Positions 1 to 9,733 of a stretch of 64,000 nucleotides of DNA are shown here, piece by piece. The DNA comes from a virus: the IMG/VR virus record IMGVR_UViG_3300021963_004241, positions 47,182 to 111,181 of that record; one strand, given 5' to 3'. The first letter of the stretch is position 1, and each line of letters opens with the position of its first letter. Under the pieces are notes generated by a model. The model did not search any database. It had not been told where the DNA came from and worked only from the letters and a program-made list of their open reading frames with translations. Position numbers and translations under genes: made by a program.

Positions 1-3000
1 GGAGTTAGAAGCAGCAATAGATGCCAGTGCTGTAGTAGGACCGTTGCTAAGAATGCTGATCAGATTGTTTAGATTAGCGATTACTCTAAGATCAAACGTA
101 CTGTCAGATGCCTGAGATACTAGCAAATCTCTAGTTTTAGTGAATGCTAAGATAGTAGCAGTCTTTTGTGCTGTGCTAACAACATTAGTAGAAGTTAAAT
201 TTCTATAATATGATAATGCAGACTTGATAGTTGCTAGGTTGCTATTGAACATAGCATCAAATCCAACAGCATCGATTACATATCCTACGTCACGTTGGCA
301 AGTTGATACATTATAAGTAAAGCCGTCTCCTGGTCCTACTAGTAGAGAGTAAGAGTTTACTAGACCGCTCAAACTGGCAGTTAGTGCTGTGTCAATATTG
401 ATTCTACCAGTAGACACACCAGTGACCGCCGGGCTTTCATATGACAACACTCTATAATTTTGACCGGCATAACCGAATACGTATTGACCTGTATTCAGTT
501 TAGCAATAGTTGTAGTATCTGTTAGTGCAGTAATACTAATTTGTTTACTGCCAACTGCACCGTGATATGTTCTACCAACCAATTGTTGATCAGTTGACAC
601 TGTCAGCGCCATGTATGTGTAACTATCTCTTAGATTGGCAACTGCTTCACCAGTGCCCCCAGATCTTACATAACCACCTGTGGTATAGTTAATAACTGAG
701 TATACATTTAATGGATCATCGTCGTTGAATAGTAACGCTGTTGAATTCTTCTGTGTAGTGATATCGTCAACATCAGTTAAGAATAGTTTCTTACTCTGTC
801 TAATAGTAACTGACTGCGAGTTAGGAACCGATGCATAAAGTCCTGTAGTACCATCTGCTCTGGTAGTGGATGCCAATACAAGTTTAATTACTCCAGTTGG
901 TAATCCTGAAGTATTAATACTATTGATAGTATAAGTTAATATTCTCGGCATCAATCTTACTACAGGTGTTATGGTACCGCCGCTGACATAAGTTGTCACT
1001 GTTGCGTTAGCATAAGAAATACTACCCGGAGTTGAAGCTGTAATAACTACGACACCGTTGTATCCTGCCGGACTAATTCCTGAAATTGTAACAGTAGATC
1101 CTACTAGGAATGGAGTTACGTATGGTCCTGCTATTGTAGCGGTACCTGTCGGAGTTCCTATGACATTACATAGAACTTCAACATAAGTGGTAGTACAGGC
1201 AGTAACTTGCCAATAGTCATTGTATCCTGTATAGACAGTAAATCCGCTGATTCTGATCTGATCGCCCACTGCATATGGCGCAGAACCTTGTGCGCTGGCA
1301 AATGTAAATCTAGCCGTAGTTCCGTTAGCAAAAGTAAATGTAGAACTGGCTAAAGAAGTTAGTGTAGTTGATGCCTGGACAGGATTAAATGTAACAGTCG
1401 CTGTTCCGCCTCCATTGCCACTAGCACCGGTTATACTGATAGGTGTTAACGAGTAAGTTCCAGTGGCAGCACTAGTATCGAGATTAAGAGTGATAGTACC
1501 ACCGGAAGTATCAACACTGTCAACTACAAATAAATTTTTACTACTGTTGTAATTTAATAAACCAGATAATGTTCCGCCGGCGTATGGAAGTCCGGATACC
1601 TGTACATAATCTTGGCTAGCAAAGTAACCTGCCGCTATTGATCCTACTGCTAACTGTGTCTTAGCACCTTTAGTTACGGCTGTAAAACTAACTCCAGTCT
1701 GTGCGTTAGAATTCTTAAAGTGCGCTATTTCGATCTGGCTGTCAGTTAATGGAATATAGGTATAATTGTTAATGTAAAGCTCAACACCGTTTTGAGCGTT
1801 AGAATATTGTCCTACATTATAAATTGTTGCAGATTGGCTGAAAGGATATCTTGTTCTTACGGCATCTGGAATTTCTTTTGGATCGCTGCCCTCTGCTCTT
1901 AACGCATACACACCGTTGGCGCTTGATCCACCAACTGAACGGATCTGTCCACCGTTTAATGCATAATAAGCATTGTAGCAGTAGTAAGTGAACATACCAA
2001 CTGCTTCACTGATACCGCCATTGGTAGTAAACAGACCGTAACCCATGTCGTTAAGTTGCGTCCAGTCGTTACTTAAAATACTTCTATTACCAGCTGTAAT
2101 CAGTTCAAACAGTTCAGCAACGGTTCCACCGGTTCCGGATGCTGTTTCACCGCTGATAAAACTTACAGTGCTAGTAGTACAATCTGTTACAGTCCATACA
2201 CCGTTATATCCTGTAGCAGTAGTACCAAATCCTGTTACTGTAATTTGATTACCAACAGTAAACGGTGCAGTTCCTCTGGTTGCGAATGTAATGGTTGCCA
2301 CACTTCCTGTTCCGGCAACTGTACAAGGTGTGATCAAACCAGCTAATGCATTGGTGTAAGGGGTTGATGAATCTAACACTAGAGTAGCACTAGATCCAGT
2401 TGGATTGTAAACAAAGTTACGTAGATAGTTTACTTTGTAGTTGACTCCCTGTACTGTAAAGATACAAGGTAACTGTGGTCTTCTAAATAGTTGATCTACT
2501 TCAAGAGTAAAATTGTCAGTCTTTGATTTAATTCTAAATCTTTGATTACCAGTGTATCCGTCTACAAAGATACCTCCACGGAATGATTGTTTGTTGATAC
2601 TAGCAGAGAATATAGATCCTTGCTGTGAATACGGAGACTTAGTAAGTATTTGTCCTTCGGGGTCAAGTACCTGCGCCATTCCACCGTGACCTTGTACAGT
2701 AATCTGCCTTAAAATATTAGCATCATTTAATAAGAATACATCCATTTCTGAATTATTCTTAGGGAAGTTTACTTGGCTAGGTTGATCTAGCATCTGAGAA
2801 ATAACATTGACTAGTGTAGATAATGTTGTTCTGGAGCTAGGAATATTTTGACTAGGGTTACCTGGCTCAGCAGTTAGCGCAAAGTTGATGACCTGAACAG
2901 CATCTGGGTCTGTGTTTAATCTTGTATGAGGTGTGTTTGTAACGACCTTGTCAGCCAGTGTACCTAAGTGTGCTACAGCAGCAAGAGTTAATGGTTTCTG

Positions 3001-5400
3001 ACTTCCCGATCCAACCGGAGTTAATCCTGCGTCGACAGAACCAGTTAATCCAATGGCTATAAGTCCACTGGTACTTTGATAATATTTTAATGCAGATTCA
3101 ACAGATCTGGTATAGCTGCCATAGATTAAATCGTAGGCCAACGCATCGACCATTAACCCCACGTCTCTTTCGCATAGTGTTTGATTATATGGAACTAGTC
3201 CCGGTAATGTGTTTACATAAGCTACTACTTCTTTTTGTAAGAATAATCTGTTCAAACTTAATAGAGTTGAAGCGTTATAGTTCTTACCGATATTGTTAAT
3301 AATAGGCCAGATTGGTCTAGAGTTATCTCTTAGATAATGATAACCGTATTCAAGAACAGTTCGCAAATACCAATTTCCCGCCGTAGCAGTTGTTGTACTG
3401 GTTAACTCATCATAAACCTGTACAGTAAATTGTGTTGAAGAAACGATGCTTCTAACAATACCTTCGCCTCGATTCATTCCAAATACTTTACCTAACCAGT
3501 TAACATTGGCACTAGCAGTACCAATAGTTACGGTGATAAGACCGTTTATTCCGCTAGGTGTTGCTGTAGTATTAAGAGCATCAGCATAGTTAGGACCGCT
3601 CAAGCCTGTTACTCTGAGATTATCGATTACAGGATCTCTTCTGAAGTAAATCTGGGTATACGGACTGGTACTGATTCCTGGTTTAGGTCTAATTAAAGTT
3701 CTACGGAATTCTTCACCAATTAAAGATATATTTGGTGGAATACGCAAAGGTAAGTTTTCTTCAAATACACCAGACTCCATCTGGATGGTAATTTGCTTAT
3801 TCTTTACAAGTTCGCCATAGAGTAATTCTTCACCGTTAATAAATTCACCCTGCAAGATACCTACATCAAACATTTCGTTATTACCGCTACCTGCAGGATA
3901 ACCATTTGCTGGTGTATCTAGAGATGCACTATGGCTTAATATTTCTGCTACAGCGCCAGAAGTTGCTCCTTTGATACCTAACCCTTCTCTGATGTCTTGA
4001 GATCTTGGATCAACGCTCTTTGAAAAATCTGTTTTGATTCCGTTAGTGAATATAAAAAGTCTAGGCAATCTTACTGTAACTGTTGGGATAGCTGTATATC
4101 CAGTTCCGCCAGCTAATAAAGAGACCGTTGTAACAACCCCGTCAGTAACGTTGGCCACTGCGCTAGCTCCACTACCAGTTCCGGAAATCGTAACACTGAC
4201 TGGTCCGTACCCAGTGCCCCCATCGAAGATACTTAATTCTGTTACTTTATATGTTAGATTAAATGTTGCACCGGCACCAATTGCTGTTAGTTGAGACCCT
4301 GGTGCAGAAGTTACTGTAGTTGATACATTAGTAGTTCCAGGTAAACTGCTATAGTTTCCAGAACTTAGTCTTTGATAAGTTAGGATAGCACCATTTGATG
4401 TGTTAATAGACAACACTCTATAAGATGCTTGTGCAGAATATGAACCGCCCTGGATGGTTAGCACGTCGCCGACACGATAACCAGTTCCTGTATTATTTAG
4501 AGCTTCAACTTCAACAGTCATTCTAGCTCTAATGTCTGCGCCCGAACCGCTGTTAGGAGCAGTTTCGATTTTAGTTAATGTACAAGCCAAACCGTCGTTA
4601 TAGGTTAATTTTTTAGCATATACACTAAGTTCGTATAATGATTCAGTTATGACTCTTTCGGCTTCTTTAACTGCTCTTTCAAGAGTCCTAAATGCGTATG
4701 CCGGAGATCTTCCCTTTCTACTATCGGGAATATCTGTTCGATTATCGTTTCCTCCTAGATTCACATATAAAGAAGTTGTGCTGGCAAAACTAGAAGCATC
4801 AACATACGACTTAGTAGCAGCGATTAGGCCGCCATAATTATCATCGTCTTCTGCCCTAGGGGATCTTGACAGAACCAAAGGTCCAGTCATAGTTCCAAAC
4901 GCTCTGTTGGTTATACCTGTAGCAGGATCTATAGCACTAACACCAGCTATACTTAATTTAGAATCTACATATGATTTTTTAGCAGCATCGTCCGCTGCCA
5001 CAGGATCTGCAAGATTTTTAATTCTTCGTGCTATTCCGTCCGAAGTAGCGTTAAGATCGCCGCCCAATGCTGGACTTTTATCATTTACTATGCTCTGATT
5101 TAATGCTGTAAATGTAACTGTTCCGGCTGTTTCGTCGTGTGTGATAGTTAATCCTGTTGCGGCAACTAATCGACGGAATTCCATTCCTGTCTGATTATTG
5201 TTAACTACTAGGATTTTTTGTTGTTGATTGAGATACGATCCAGGAACGTCGTCGAGTCCTGTAAATCTTAGTCGTTCCCCTAATCCTAAAGAGCTGTAAA
5301 GCTCTTGGAAATTATCGTTTACTTTCTTAAACGAGTCGCGAATACTATCGCCTGTGCCGTCATTATCGGTTAAACCAACATCAATTATTTTTCTTGCCAT
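1..5400 (-). CDS. Very large virion structural protein (baseplate/fibre-associated), 3' end outside window
   Basis: Not in the ORF track (no stop in window). The frame from ATG 5400 (MARKIIDVGLTDNDGTGDSIRDSFKKVNDNF, T4 gp9/gp10-like N-terminus) is open to base 1. Contains CERDVGLMVDALAYD / CQRDVGYVIDAVGFD repeats and Thr/Gly-rich beta repeats. Confidence 0.85.
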   Translation of the reverse strand, partial: MARKIIDVGLTDNDGTGDSIRDSFKKVNDNFQELYSSLGLGERLRFTGLDDVPGSYLNQQQKILVVNNNQTGMEFRRLVAATGLTITHDETAGTVTFTALNQSIVNDKSPALGGDLNATSDGIARRIKNLADPVAADDAAKKSYVDSKLSIAGVSAIDPATGITNRAFGTMTGPLVLSRSPRAEDDDNYGGLIAATKSYVDASSFASTTSLYVNLGGNDNRTDIPDSRKGRSPAYAFRTLERAVKEAERVITESLYELSVYAKKLTYNDGLACTLTKIETAPNSGSGADIRARMTVEVEALNNTGTGYRVGDVLTIQGGSYSAQASYRVLSINTSNGAILTYQRLSSGNYSSLPGTTNVSTTVTSAPGSQLTAIGAGATFNLTYKVTELSIFDGGTGYGPVSVTISGTGSGASAVANVTDGVVTTVSLLAGGTGYTAIPTVTVRLPRLFIFTNGIKTDFSKSVDPRSQDIREGLGIKGATSGAVAEILSHSASLDTPANGYPAGSGNNEMFDVGILQGEFINGEELLYGELVKNKQITIQMESGVFEENLPLRIPPNISLIGEEFRRTLIRPKPGISTSPYTQIYFRRDPVIDNLRVTGLSGPNYADALNTTATPSGINGLITVTIGTASANVNWLGKVFGMNRGEGIVRSIVSSTQFTVQVYDELTSTTTATAGNWYLRTVLEYGYHYLRDNSRPIWPIINNIGKNYNASTLLSLNRLFLQKEVVAYVNTLPGLVPYNQTLCERDVGLMVDALAYDLIYGSYTRSVESALKYYQSTSGLIAIGLTGSVDAGLTPVGSGSQKPLTLAAVAHLGTLADKVVTNTPHTRLNTDPDAVQVINFALTAEPGNPSQNIPSSRTTLSTLVNVISQMLDQPSQVNFPKNNSEMDVFLLNDANILRQITVQGHGGMAQVLDPEGQILTKSPYSQQGSIFSASINKQSFRGGIFVDGYTGNQRFRIKSKTDNFTLEVDQLFRRPQLPCIFTVQGVNYKVNYLRNFVYNPTGSSATLVLDSSTPYTNALAGLITPCTVAGTGSVATITFATRGTAPFTVGNQITVTGFGTTATGYNGVWTVTDCTTSTVSFISGETASGTGGTVAELFELITAGNRSILSNDWTQLNDMGYGLFTTNGGISEAVGMFTYYCYNAYYALNGGQIRSVGGSSANGVYALRAEGSDPKEIPDAVRTRYPFSQSATIYNVGQYSNAQNGVELYINNYTYIPLTDSQIEIAHFKNSNAQTGVSFTAVTKGAKTQLAVGSIAAGYFASQDYVQVSGLPYAGGTLSGLLNYNSSKNLFVVDSVDTSGGTITLNLDTSAATGTYSLTPISITGASGNGGGTATVTFNPVQASTTLTSLASSTFTFANGTTARFTFASAQGSAPYAVGDQIRISGFTVYTGYNDYWQVTACTTTYVEVLCNVIGTPTGTATIAGPYVTPFLVGSTVTISGISPAGYNGVVVITASTPGSISYANATVTTYVSGGTITPVVRLMPRILTYTINSINTSGLPTGVIKLVLASTTRADGTTGLYASVPNSQSVTIRQSKKLFLTDVDDITTQKNSTALLFNDDDPLNVYSVINYTTGGYVRSGGTGEAVANLRDSYTYMALTVSTDQQLVGRTYHGAVGSKQISITALTDTTTIAKLNTGQYVFGYAGQNYRVLSYESPAVTGVSTGRINIDTALTASLSGLVNSYSLLVGPGDGFTYNVSTCQRDVGYVIDAVGFDAMFNSNLATIKSALSYYRNLTSTNVVSTAQKTATILAFTKTRDLLVSQASDSTFDLRVIANLNNLISILSNGPTTALASIAASNS

Positions 5401-5471
5401 GTTCAATACCCTGGAAAAATGGTTACTTCAATATTTAGCCCAAAGTTTGATAAGCCTAATGTAAATATTAG

Positions 5472-5759
5472 ATGTTCTTAGATATTGAGACAGTCGTTTC
5501 GGAATATAAACGACCAAGCAAATTAGGCAATGAGCACACCTACACGCGAACTAAAACTGTCGCAGTGTTTAGGTGTGATAATTGTAATGAAATCTTTAAA
5601 AGAGATCTAAAGAAGATTGATCGCAAACGATTAAGCAACAACTACTTTCACGTGTGCTCAAACTGCGATGCCAAGAGATTTGCCCAAAGAAAAGGTGTAG
5701 AGCAAAAGAATATATGGAATTTGCCGGCTAGCAGCAATTTACCTGTGGGAAAATATTAG
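5472..5759 (+). CDS. Small putative zinc-finger protein
   Basis: CDNC...CSNC pairs, basic; TAAATA box just upstream. Confidence 0.65.
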   Translation: MFLDIETVVSEYKRPSKLGNEHTYTRTKTVAVFRCDNCNEIFKRDLKKIDRKRLSNNYFHVCSNCDAKRFAQRKGVEQKNIWNLPASSNLPVGKY

Positions 5760-6076
5760 ATCCTAAAAGATTCTCCACACCCGCATCGATCTTTTTCTAA
5801 AGGATTTATAAAGTCGAACCCTTCGTTTAGCCCGTTACGTTTCCAATCCATTGTTAGTCCTTCTAAAAACGTAAGACTTTTTGGATCTACGAATACGTGT
5901 ACTCCGTAGCTCACAAAGCTAATATCTTCTAATCTAACGGAATCTACGTATTCTAAAGCGTAGGCATACCCGCTGCAACCGGTAGTTTTAACTCCGATTC
6001 GGATACCTAATCCTTTGCCTCTGCGTTCTATTTGTTGTTTTACTTTATCGGCTGCTAACTCAGTCAGTGATATCAT
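5756..6076 (-). CDS. iscA: Fe-S cluster A-type carrier IscA
   Basis: TGCSG and C-terminal CGCGESF motifs. Confidence 0.95.
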   Translation of the reverse strand: MISLTELAADKVKQQIERRGKGLGIRIGVKTTGCSGYAYALEYVDSVRLEDISFVSYGVHVFVDPKSLTFLEGLTMDWKRNGLNEGFDFINPLEKDRCGCGESFRI

Positions 6077-6446
6077 GTTTCTTTTTGTAGTCTTCTATGG
6101 CTGCTTTAATTGCGTCTTCTGCTAGGATAGAACAATGTATTTTAACCGGAGGGAGCGCAAGCTCTTCTGCAATCTGACTATTCTTAATCTGTGTTGCTTG
6201 GTCAAGCGTTTTGCCCTTAACCCATTCAGTGACCAATGAACTGCTCGCAATAGCACTTCCGCAACCATAAGTTTTAAACTTAGCATCTTCGATAATTCCT
6301 TGATTATTAACTTTGATTTGCAATTTCATTACATCACCACAGGCAGGTGCACCGACCATTCCTGTGCCAATAGTATCATCTATTTCGAACTTGCCCACAT
6401 TTCGTGGATTTTCATAATGATCAATTACTTTTTCAGAATATGCCAT
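6060..6446 (-). CDS. iscU: Fe-S scaffold protein IscU
   Basis: MAYSEKVIDHYENPRNVG, APACGD, YGCGSAIAS, LPPVKIHCS. Confidence 0.97.
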   Translation of the reverse strand: MAYSEKVIDHYENPRNVGKFEIDDTIGTGMVGAPACGDVMKLQIKVNNQGIIEDAKFKTYGCGSAIASSSLVTEWVKGKTLDQATQIKNSQIAEELALPPVKIHCSILAEDAIKAAIEDYKKKHDITD

Positions 6447-6447
6447 A

Positions 6448-7002
6448 TTAAACTCCTAGTCTAGTATTAACAACATCCCAATCGATTATTCTCCAAATAT
6501 TTGATAGGTATTTGGCCTTATCTTGTTGATAATCTAATGCCCAGGCGTGTTCCCAAGCATCTATCAACAGAGCAATCTTCATCGTGTTTTTGTATTCGTG
6601 ATTGTGTATGGTATGCAAGTCTCCAGCGGTGTCCATGTAGATCCAATTTGATCCTTGTGCTGCCATAAACTCTTTTTCAAATGCTTTTTTAAATTCTTCA
6701 AAGCTTCCATATTTTTCTTCGATTAAATCCTTGCTTGCACCAATAGCTTTATTTGCAGCTCTTGGGGGAGTTAGATTATTGAAAAATAAATTATGAAGGA
6801 CAGCACCTCCGTAGTTAAAATCCGGGTCGCCTTCACCTTTATTATATCTCTCTGAATACTTAGAAGCAAGCCCATCGTAATGGTATTTTATAGTTGCTTC
6901 GCTCATAACGGGATCAAGCTCATCTTTTTTAAATTTGAGCTTATCTTGTTTTAATTCTCGTTGATCTTTAGATTCTGTTAAACTTTTAATAAAATGTAGC
7001 AT
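6448..7002 (-). CDS. sod: Fe/Mn superoxide dismutase (compact, divergent)
   Basis: YHY...Y, LHNLFF and DAWEHAW metal-ligand motifs. Confidence 0.85.
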   Translation of the reverse strand: MLHFIKSLTESKDQRELKQDKLKFKKDELDPVMSEATIKYHYDGLASKYSERYNKGEGDPDFNYGGAVLHNLFFNNLTPPRAANKAIGASKDLIEEKYGSFEEFKKAFEKEFMAAQGSNWIYMDTAGDLHTIHNHEYKNTMKIALLIDAWEHAWALDYQQDKAKYLSNIWRIIDWDVVNTRLGV

Positions 7003-7046
7003 ACCTATATTTACCGCGCTAAATATTCCACAAGGAGATTTATAAA

Positions 7047-7334
7047 ATGCTTGGATTACTCAAAAAACTTTTTGGCGGTAAAACTGAAGAGGCACCAAAA
7101 GCAGAAGCCCCATACAAGGTTGAAGCACCTACTACTGTAGCAGAACAAGCTACTGAGGCAATGGTAGCATCTACAGCACCAGCTGCTTGGCCATTCCCAG
7201 ATGCACAAAAGCCTGCGGAACCCGTAGCAGAAGCTGCACCTAAAAAGAAAAAAGCGCCAGCAAAAAAGGCTGCTCCAAAAACTAAAGCAGCCCCTGCTGA
7301 GAAAAAACCACGTACTAAGAAATCAAAGTCCTAA
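7047..7334 (+). CDS. Ala/Lys/Pro-rich histone-H1-like protein with N-terminal amphipathic helix
   Basis: AAGGAG RBS; MLGLLKKLFGG start; KKKKAPAKKAAPK tail. Confidence 0.75.
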   Translation: MLGLLKKLFGGKTEEAPKAEAPYKVEAPTTVAEQATEAMVASTAPAAWPFPDAQKPAEPVAEAAPKKKKAPAKKAAPKTKAAPAEKKPRTKKSKS

Positions 7335-8348
7335 GCTTTTGGCTTCTTCGTAAAGTGCAAAGCTGGCTAAATTCTTAGCCTTGCTTTCGCACATAATGTC
7401 GTGTGTTTCTCTAAAGCTCAGAGCCCATCTGTTAACTGCTGTATTCCAGTAGAAGTCAGAATGAGCTCTGAGTTTTGCTTTCTTGTAACCATTTTCTAGA
7501 AGAACGGGATAGTCGGGCATTGTATTTGAGCAATGTCCATTGAGAATATCTTCACGGCTAACGGAATAGTGACACACAGGACGAACACCACGCCAGCTAT
7601 CAATGACTTTCTGCACTCGGGCATCTGTTGGTACAATATACTCACCTTCACGACACCAGTGATGATGTATATCGAGCACGATAGGTACAACATCAGAAAT
7701 AGTAAGACAGTCATCTAACCCCCAAGCGTTTTCTTCGTTTTCAATAGTAATAGTATTACGTGCTTCGGGTGTTAGGCGAGCCAACGCAGCACGTATTCCA
7801 TCGGGGCCTCGTCGACCCGCGATATGAACGTTGATTTTAAAGTCTTGAAACGTTTGACCAAACCCCATCCAGCGAGCCATGTCCACATGGTATTCAAACT
7901 CCTCAATTGATCGATTTACAATATCATCGTTATCAGATGCAAGCACAGTAAACTGGCCAGGGTGAAAAGACAACCGAACATTATTCGAACGAGCCACATC
8001 TCCGATTTGTCCAAATCCTCTTTCGCAATAGTTTCTAGTATCGGGAAGCCGCCAAAACCAGCTCCAAGTAGGCTCAGTGTAGACAGGAAGTATATCGCTG
8101 CTGAGTCGTACCATTCTAAGATTTTCATCGAGCCCTCCTACACGCTCTACAAGTTTACGAGTTGCTTCGATGTTTTGGACCATTAGATCCCACAGCTTTT
8201 GTTCAGCAACTGCCTTGTCTTGTCTATTTAACCAGGCCACTGTAGTAGCACCAGTGTTGTAGATCTTACACTCATCTTTGGGTTTAATACCGTCCACTTG
8301 ATCAGGGCGGTCGATCCATTTGCAGGCAAAGCCGATACGTTTAGTCAT
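7323..8348 (-). CDS. uvsE: UV-damage endonuclease UvsE/UVDE
   Basis: RIGFAC, RLSSD, SFHPGQF, IENEE, LDIHHH, HSD motifs. Confidence 0.93.
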   Translation of the reverse strand: MTKRIGFACKWIDRPDQVDGIKPKDECKIYNTGATTVAWLNRQDKAVAEQKLWDLMVQNIEATRKLVERVGGLDENLRMVRLSSDILPVYTEPTWSWFWRLPDTRNYCERGFGQIGDVARSNNVRLSFHPGQFTVLASDNDDIVNRSIEEFEYHVDMARWMGFGQTFQDFKINVHIAGRRGPDGIRAALARLTPEARNTITIENEENAWGLDDCLTISDVVPIVLDIHHHWCREGEYIVPTDARVQKVIDSWRGVRPVCHYSVSREDILNGHCSNTMPDYPVLLENGYKKAKLRAHSDFYWNTAVNRWALSFRETHDIMCESKAKNLASFALYEEAKSLGL

Positions 8349-8354
8349 ATAAGC

Positions 8355-8383
8355 AGTATAACGTCATTAACGCCAGTTGTCAA
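8355..8383 (-). promoter_or_regulatory. sigma70 promoter for uvsE (leaderless)
   Basis: TTGACA-17-TATACT with 6 nt to the ATG. Confidence 0.75.
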
Positions 8384-9086
8384 CAATAACAGGATCTTCA
8401 ACATCGTGTGGATTTGGAGTTCCGTGGAATGCCAATATACAAGTACCTTTTGGAACTATAGGATCGATTACTTGTTTAAAGAAGAACTGACCTCCTCTTC
8501 TTTCTAACTCGGATTGATTTCTAATTTCCCATTTATAACTGCGTATCCATTCTGCTGGAAAAAATTTAATCTCGTCTCTGTATAAAGACCAGATGTATTC
8601 CTGGTCTCCGGCAAATCTACTGCATATATTAGGATCTTGTTCTATTGTAGTCCATATCCTAGAGTAGTTGTCTCCTCGCCATTTTAACACAGCACTGCCT
8701 AACTTAGGTGCTCGGTATCCGAATACTCTTCCGACATCTTCTAATCCTACAAATTTGTCAGGTTCAAAAGAAAAAAAGTGATCGATGTTTTTTACAATAA
8801 CCATGTCAAGGTCTATAAAGAAGTTGGTATCTTTAGAATCGAAATGACCTTTTTTAAAAATATACGGTTTCCACCACCATCCTCGATAGTTTCCGGCAGG
8901 CAGCATTCTTATATCTATATCAGGATTTAACCCTGCCGCATTATCTGTAAAGCAGATAAAATTATAGGGCAAGGTTAAATTTCTAGATATCATGTTGAAT
9001 AGTTTGTTAACATACTCGGGGCCGTATTTGTCCCCGTGTTTCAAACAGACAATATTAACCTTCGTAGGTTGCGCTGTTTCCTGCAT
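8367..9086 (-). CDS. GT-A-fold glycosyltransferase-like protein
   Basis: VCLKHGDKYGPEYV, WWWK, DLD (DxD), GDQ, FHGTPNP; start placed at ATG 9086 overlapping the queD end. Confidence 0.75.
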   Translation of the reverse strand: MQETAQPTKVNIVCLKHGDKYGPEYVNKLFNMISRNLTLPYNFICFTDNAAGLNPDIDIRMLPAGNYRGWWWKPYIFKKGHFDSKDTNFFIDLDMVIVKNIDHFFSFEPDKFVGLEDVGRVFGYRAPKLGSAVLKWRGDNYSRIWTTIEQDPNICSRFAGDQEYIWSLYRDEIKFFPAEWIRSYKWEIRNQSELERRGGQFFFKQVIDPIVPKGTCILAFHGTPNPHDVEDPVIVDNWR

Positions 9087-9621
9087 GCTCGAATACTTTT
9101 GCAGAACGAAGTTTAACACCTGAGCCAGTTGGATAACGTGCTTCAAAGACACGCCCGTCTGGATGGGTCCATCCTCGTCCTTCTTGATATGCTGCTAGTA
9201 TTTCAGACATTGTTTGATATGCTAGTTCAGCAAACTTTTCGCAACCGACCGCATCTACAATTCTAAGATCGCAAAGTGCTCTGCGTTCGTGGGGTTTAAC
9301 AGCTTCTAAAGATCCTGTTCCAGATATAGGAGGATCACCGAGGTTACTCATTTGCCTGAAAAAGTTTAGATGAGGATCATCTTTAGCAACTACTAGAGTA
9401 TGATCGAATTGCCATTCGCTCCATTCTTTGAATGCTTTGAGACCTCCAAAGTCCATAACCCAATTACGATCGTCTAATGTTTCAGATTCGAAAACGAGTT
9501 CGATACCGATTGAGTAACCGTGAATTAATGAGCAGTGTGAGTGTGTAGAACGCCATTGGCGGAAGCAACAACTAAGTCCTCTGTCGTTGCCATAAGTTTT
9601 TGTAGAAAGATATTTTGCCAT
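9055..9621 (-). CDS. queD: QueD / 6-carboxytetrahydropterin synthase (T-fold)
   Basis: HCSLIHGY, WVMDFG, FDH, VFEH..NSA; AGGAG RBS before ATG 9621. Confidence 0.85.
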   Translation of the reverse strand: MAKYLSTKTYGNDRGLSCCFRQWRSTHSHCSLIHGYSIGIELVFESETLDDRNWVMDFGGLKAFKEWSEWQFDHTLVVAKDDPHLNFFRQMSNLGDPPISGTGSLEAVKPHERRALCDLRIVDAVGCEKFAELAYQTMSEILAAYQEGRGWTHPDGRVFEARYPTGSGVKLRSAKVFEHAGNSATYEG

Positions 9622-9700
9622 CTCTAGTCTCCTTGTAAAAGTAGCAAGTTTGATGACATGCAGAGTATTTAAAGTGGGATGAACGCCTAAGACCACTAAC
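9622..9700 (-). promoter_or_regulatory. Candidate preQ1-I-like riboswitch/pseudoknot leader of queD
   Basis: AGTGG-TCTTAGGCGTTCATC-CCACT-TTAAATA; loop GGCGT can pair with downstream ATGTC; begins at the predicted TSS. Confidence 0.45.
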
Positions 9701-9704
9701 CAGT

Positions 9705-9733
9705 AGTTTACAGAGTTGCATTGAAAATGTCAA
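9705..9733 (-). promoter_or_regulatory. sigma70 promoter for the queD leader
   Basis: TTGACA-17-TAAACT. Confidence 0.7.

Noticed and set aside
2045-5098. Short plus-strand ORFs in the track
   Set aside because: They are antisense shadows of the 1800-codon minus-strand gene.
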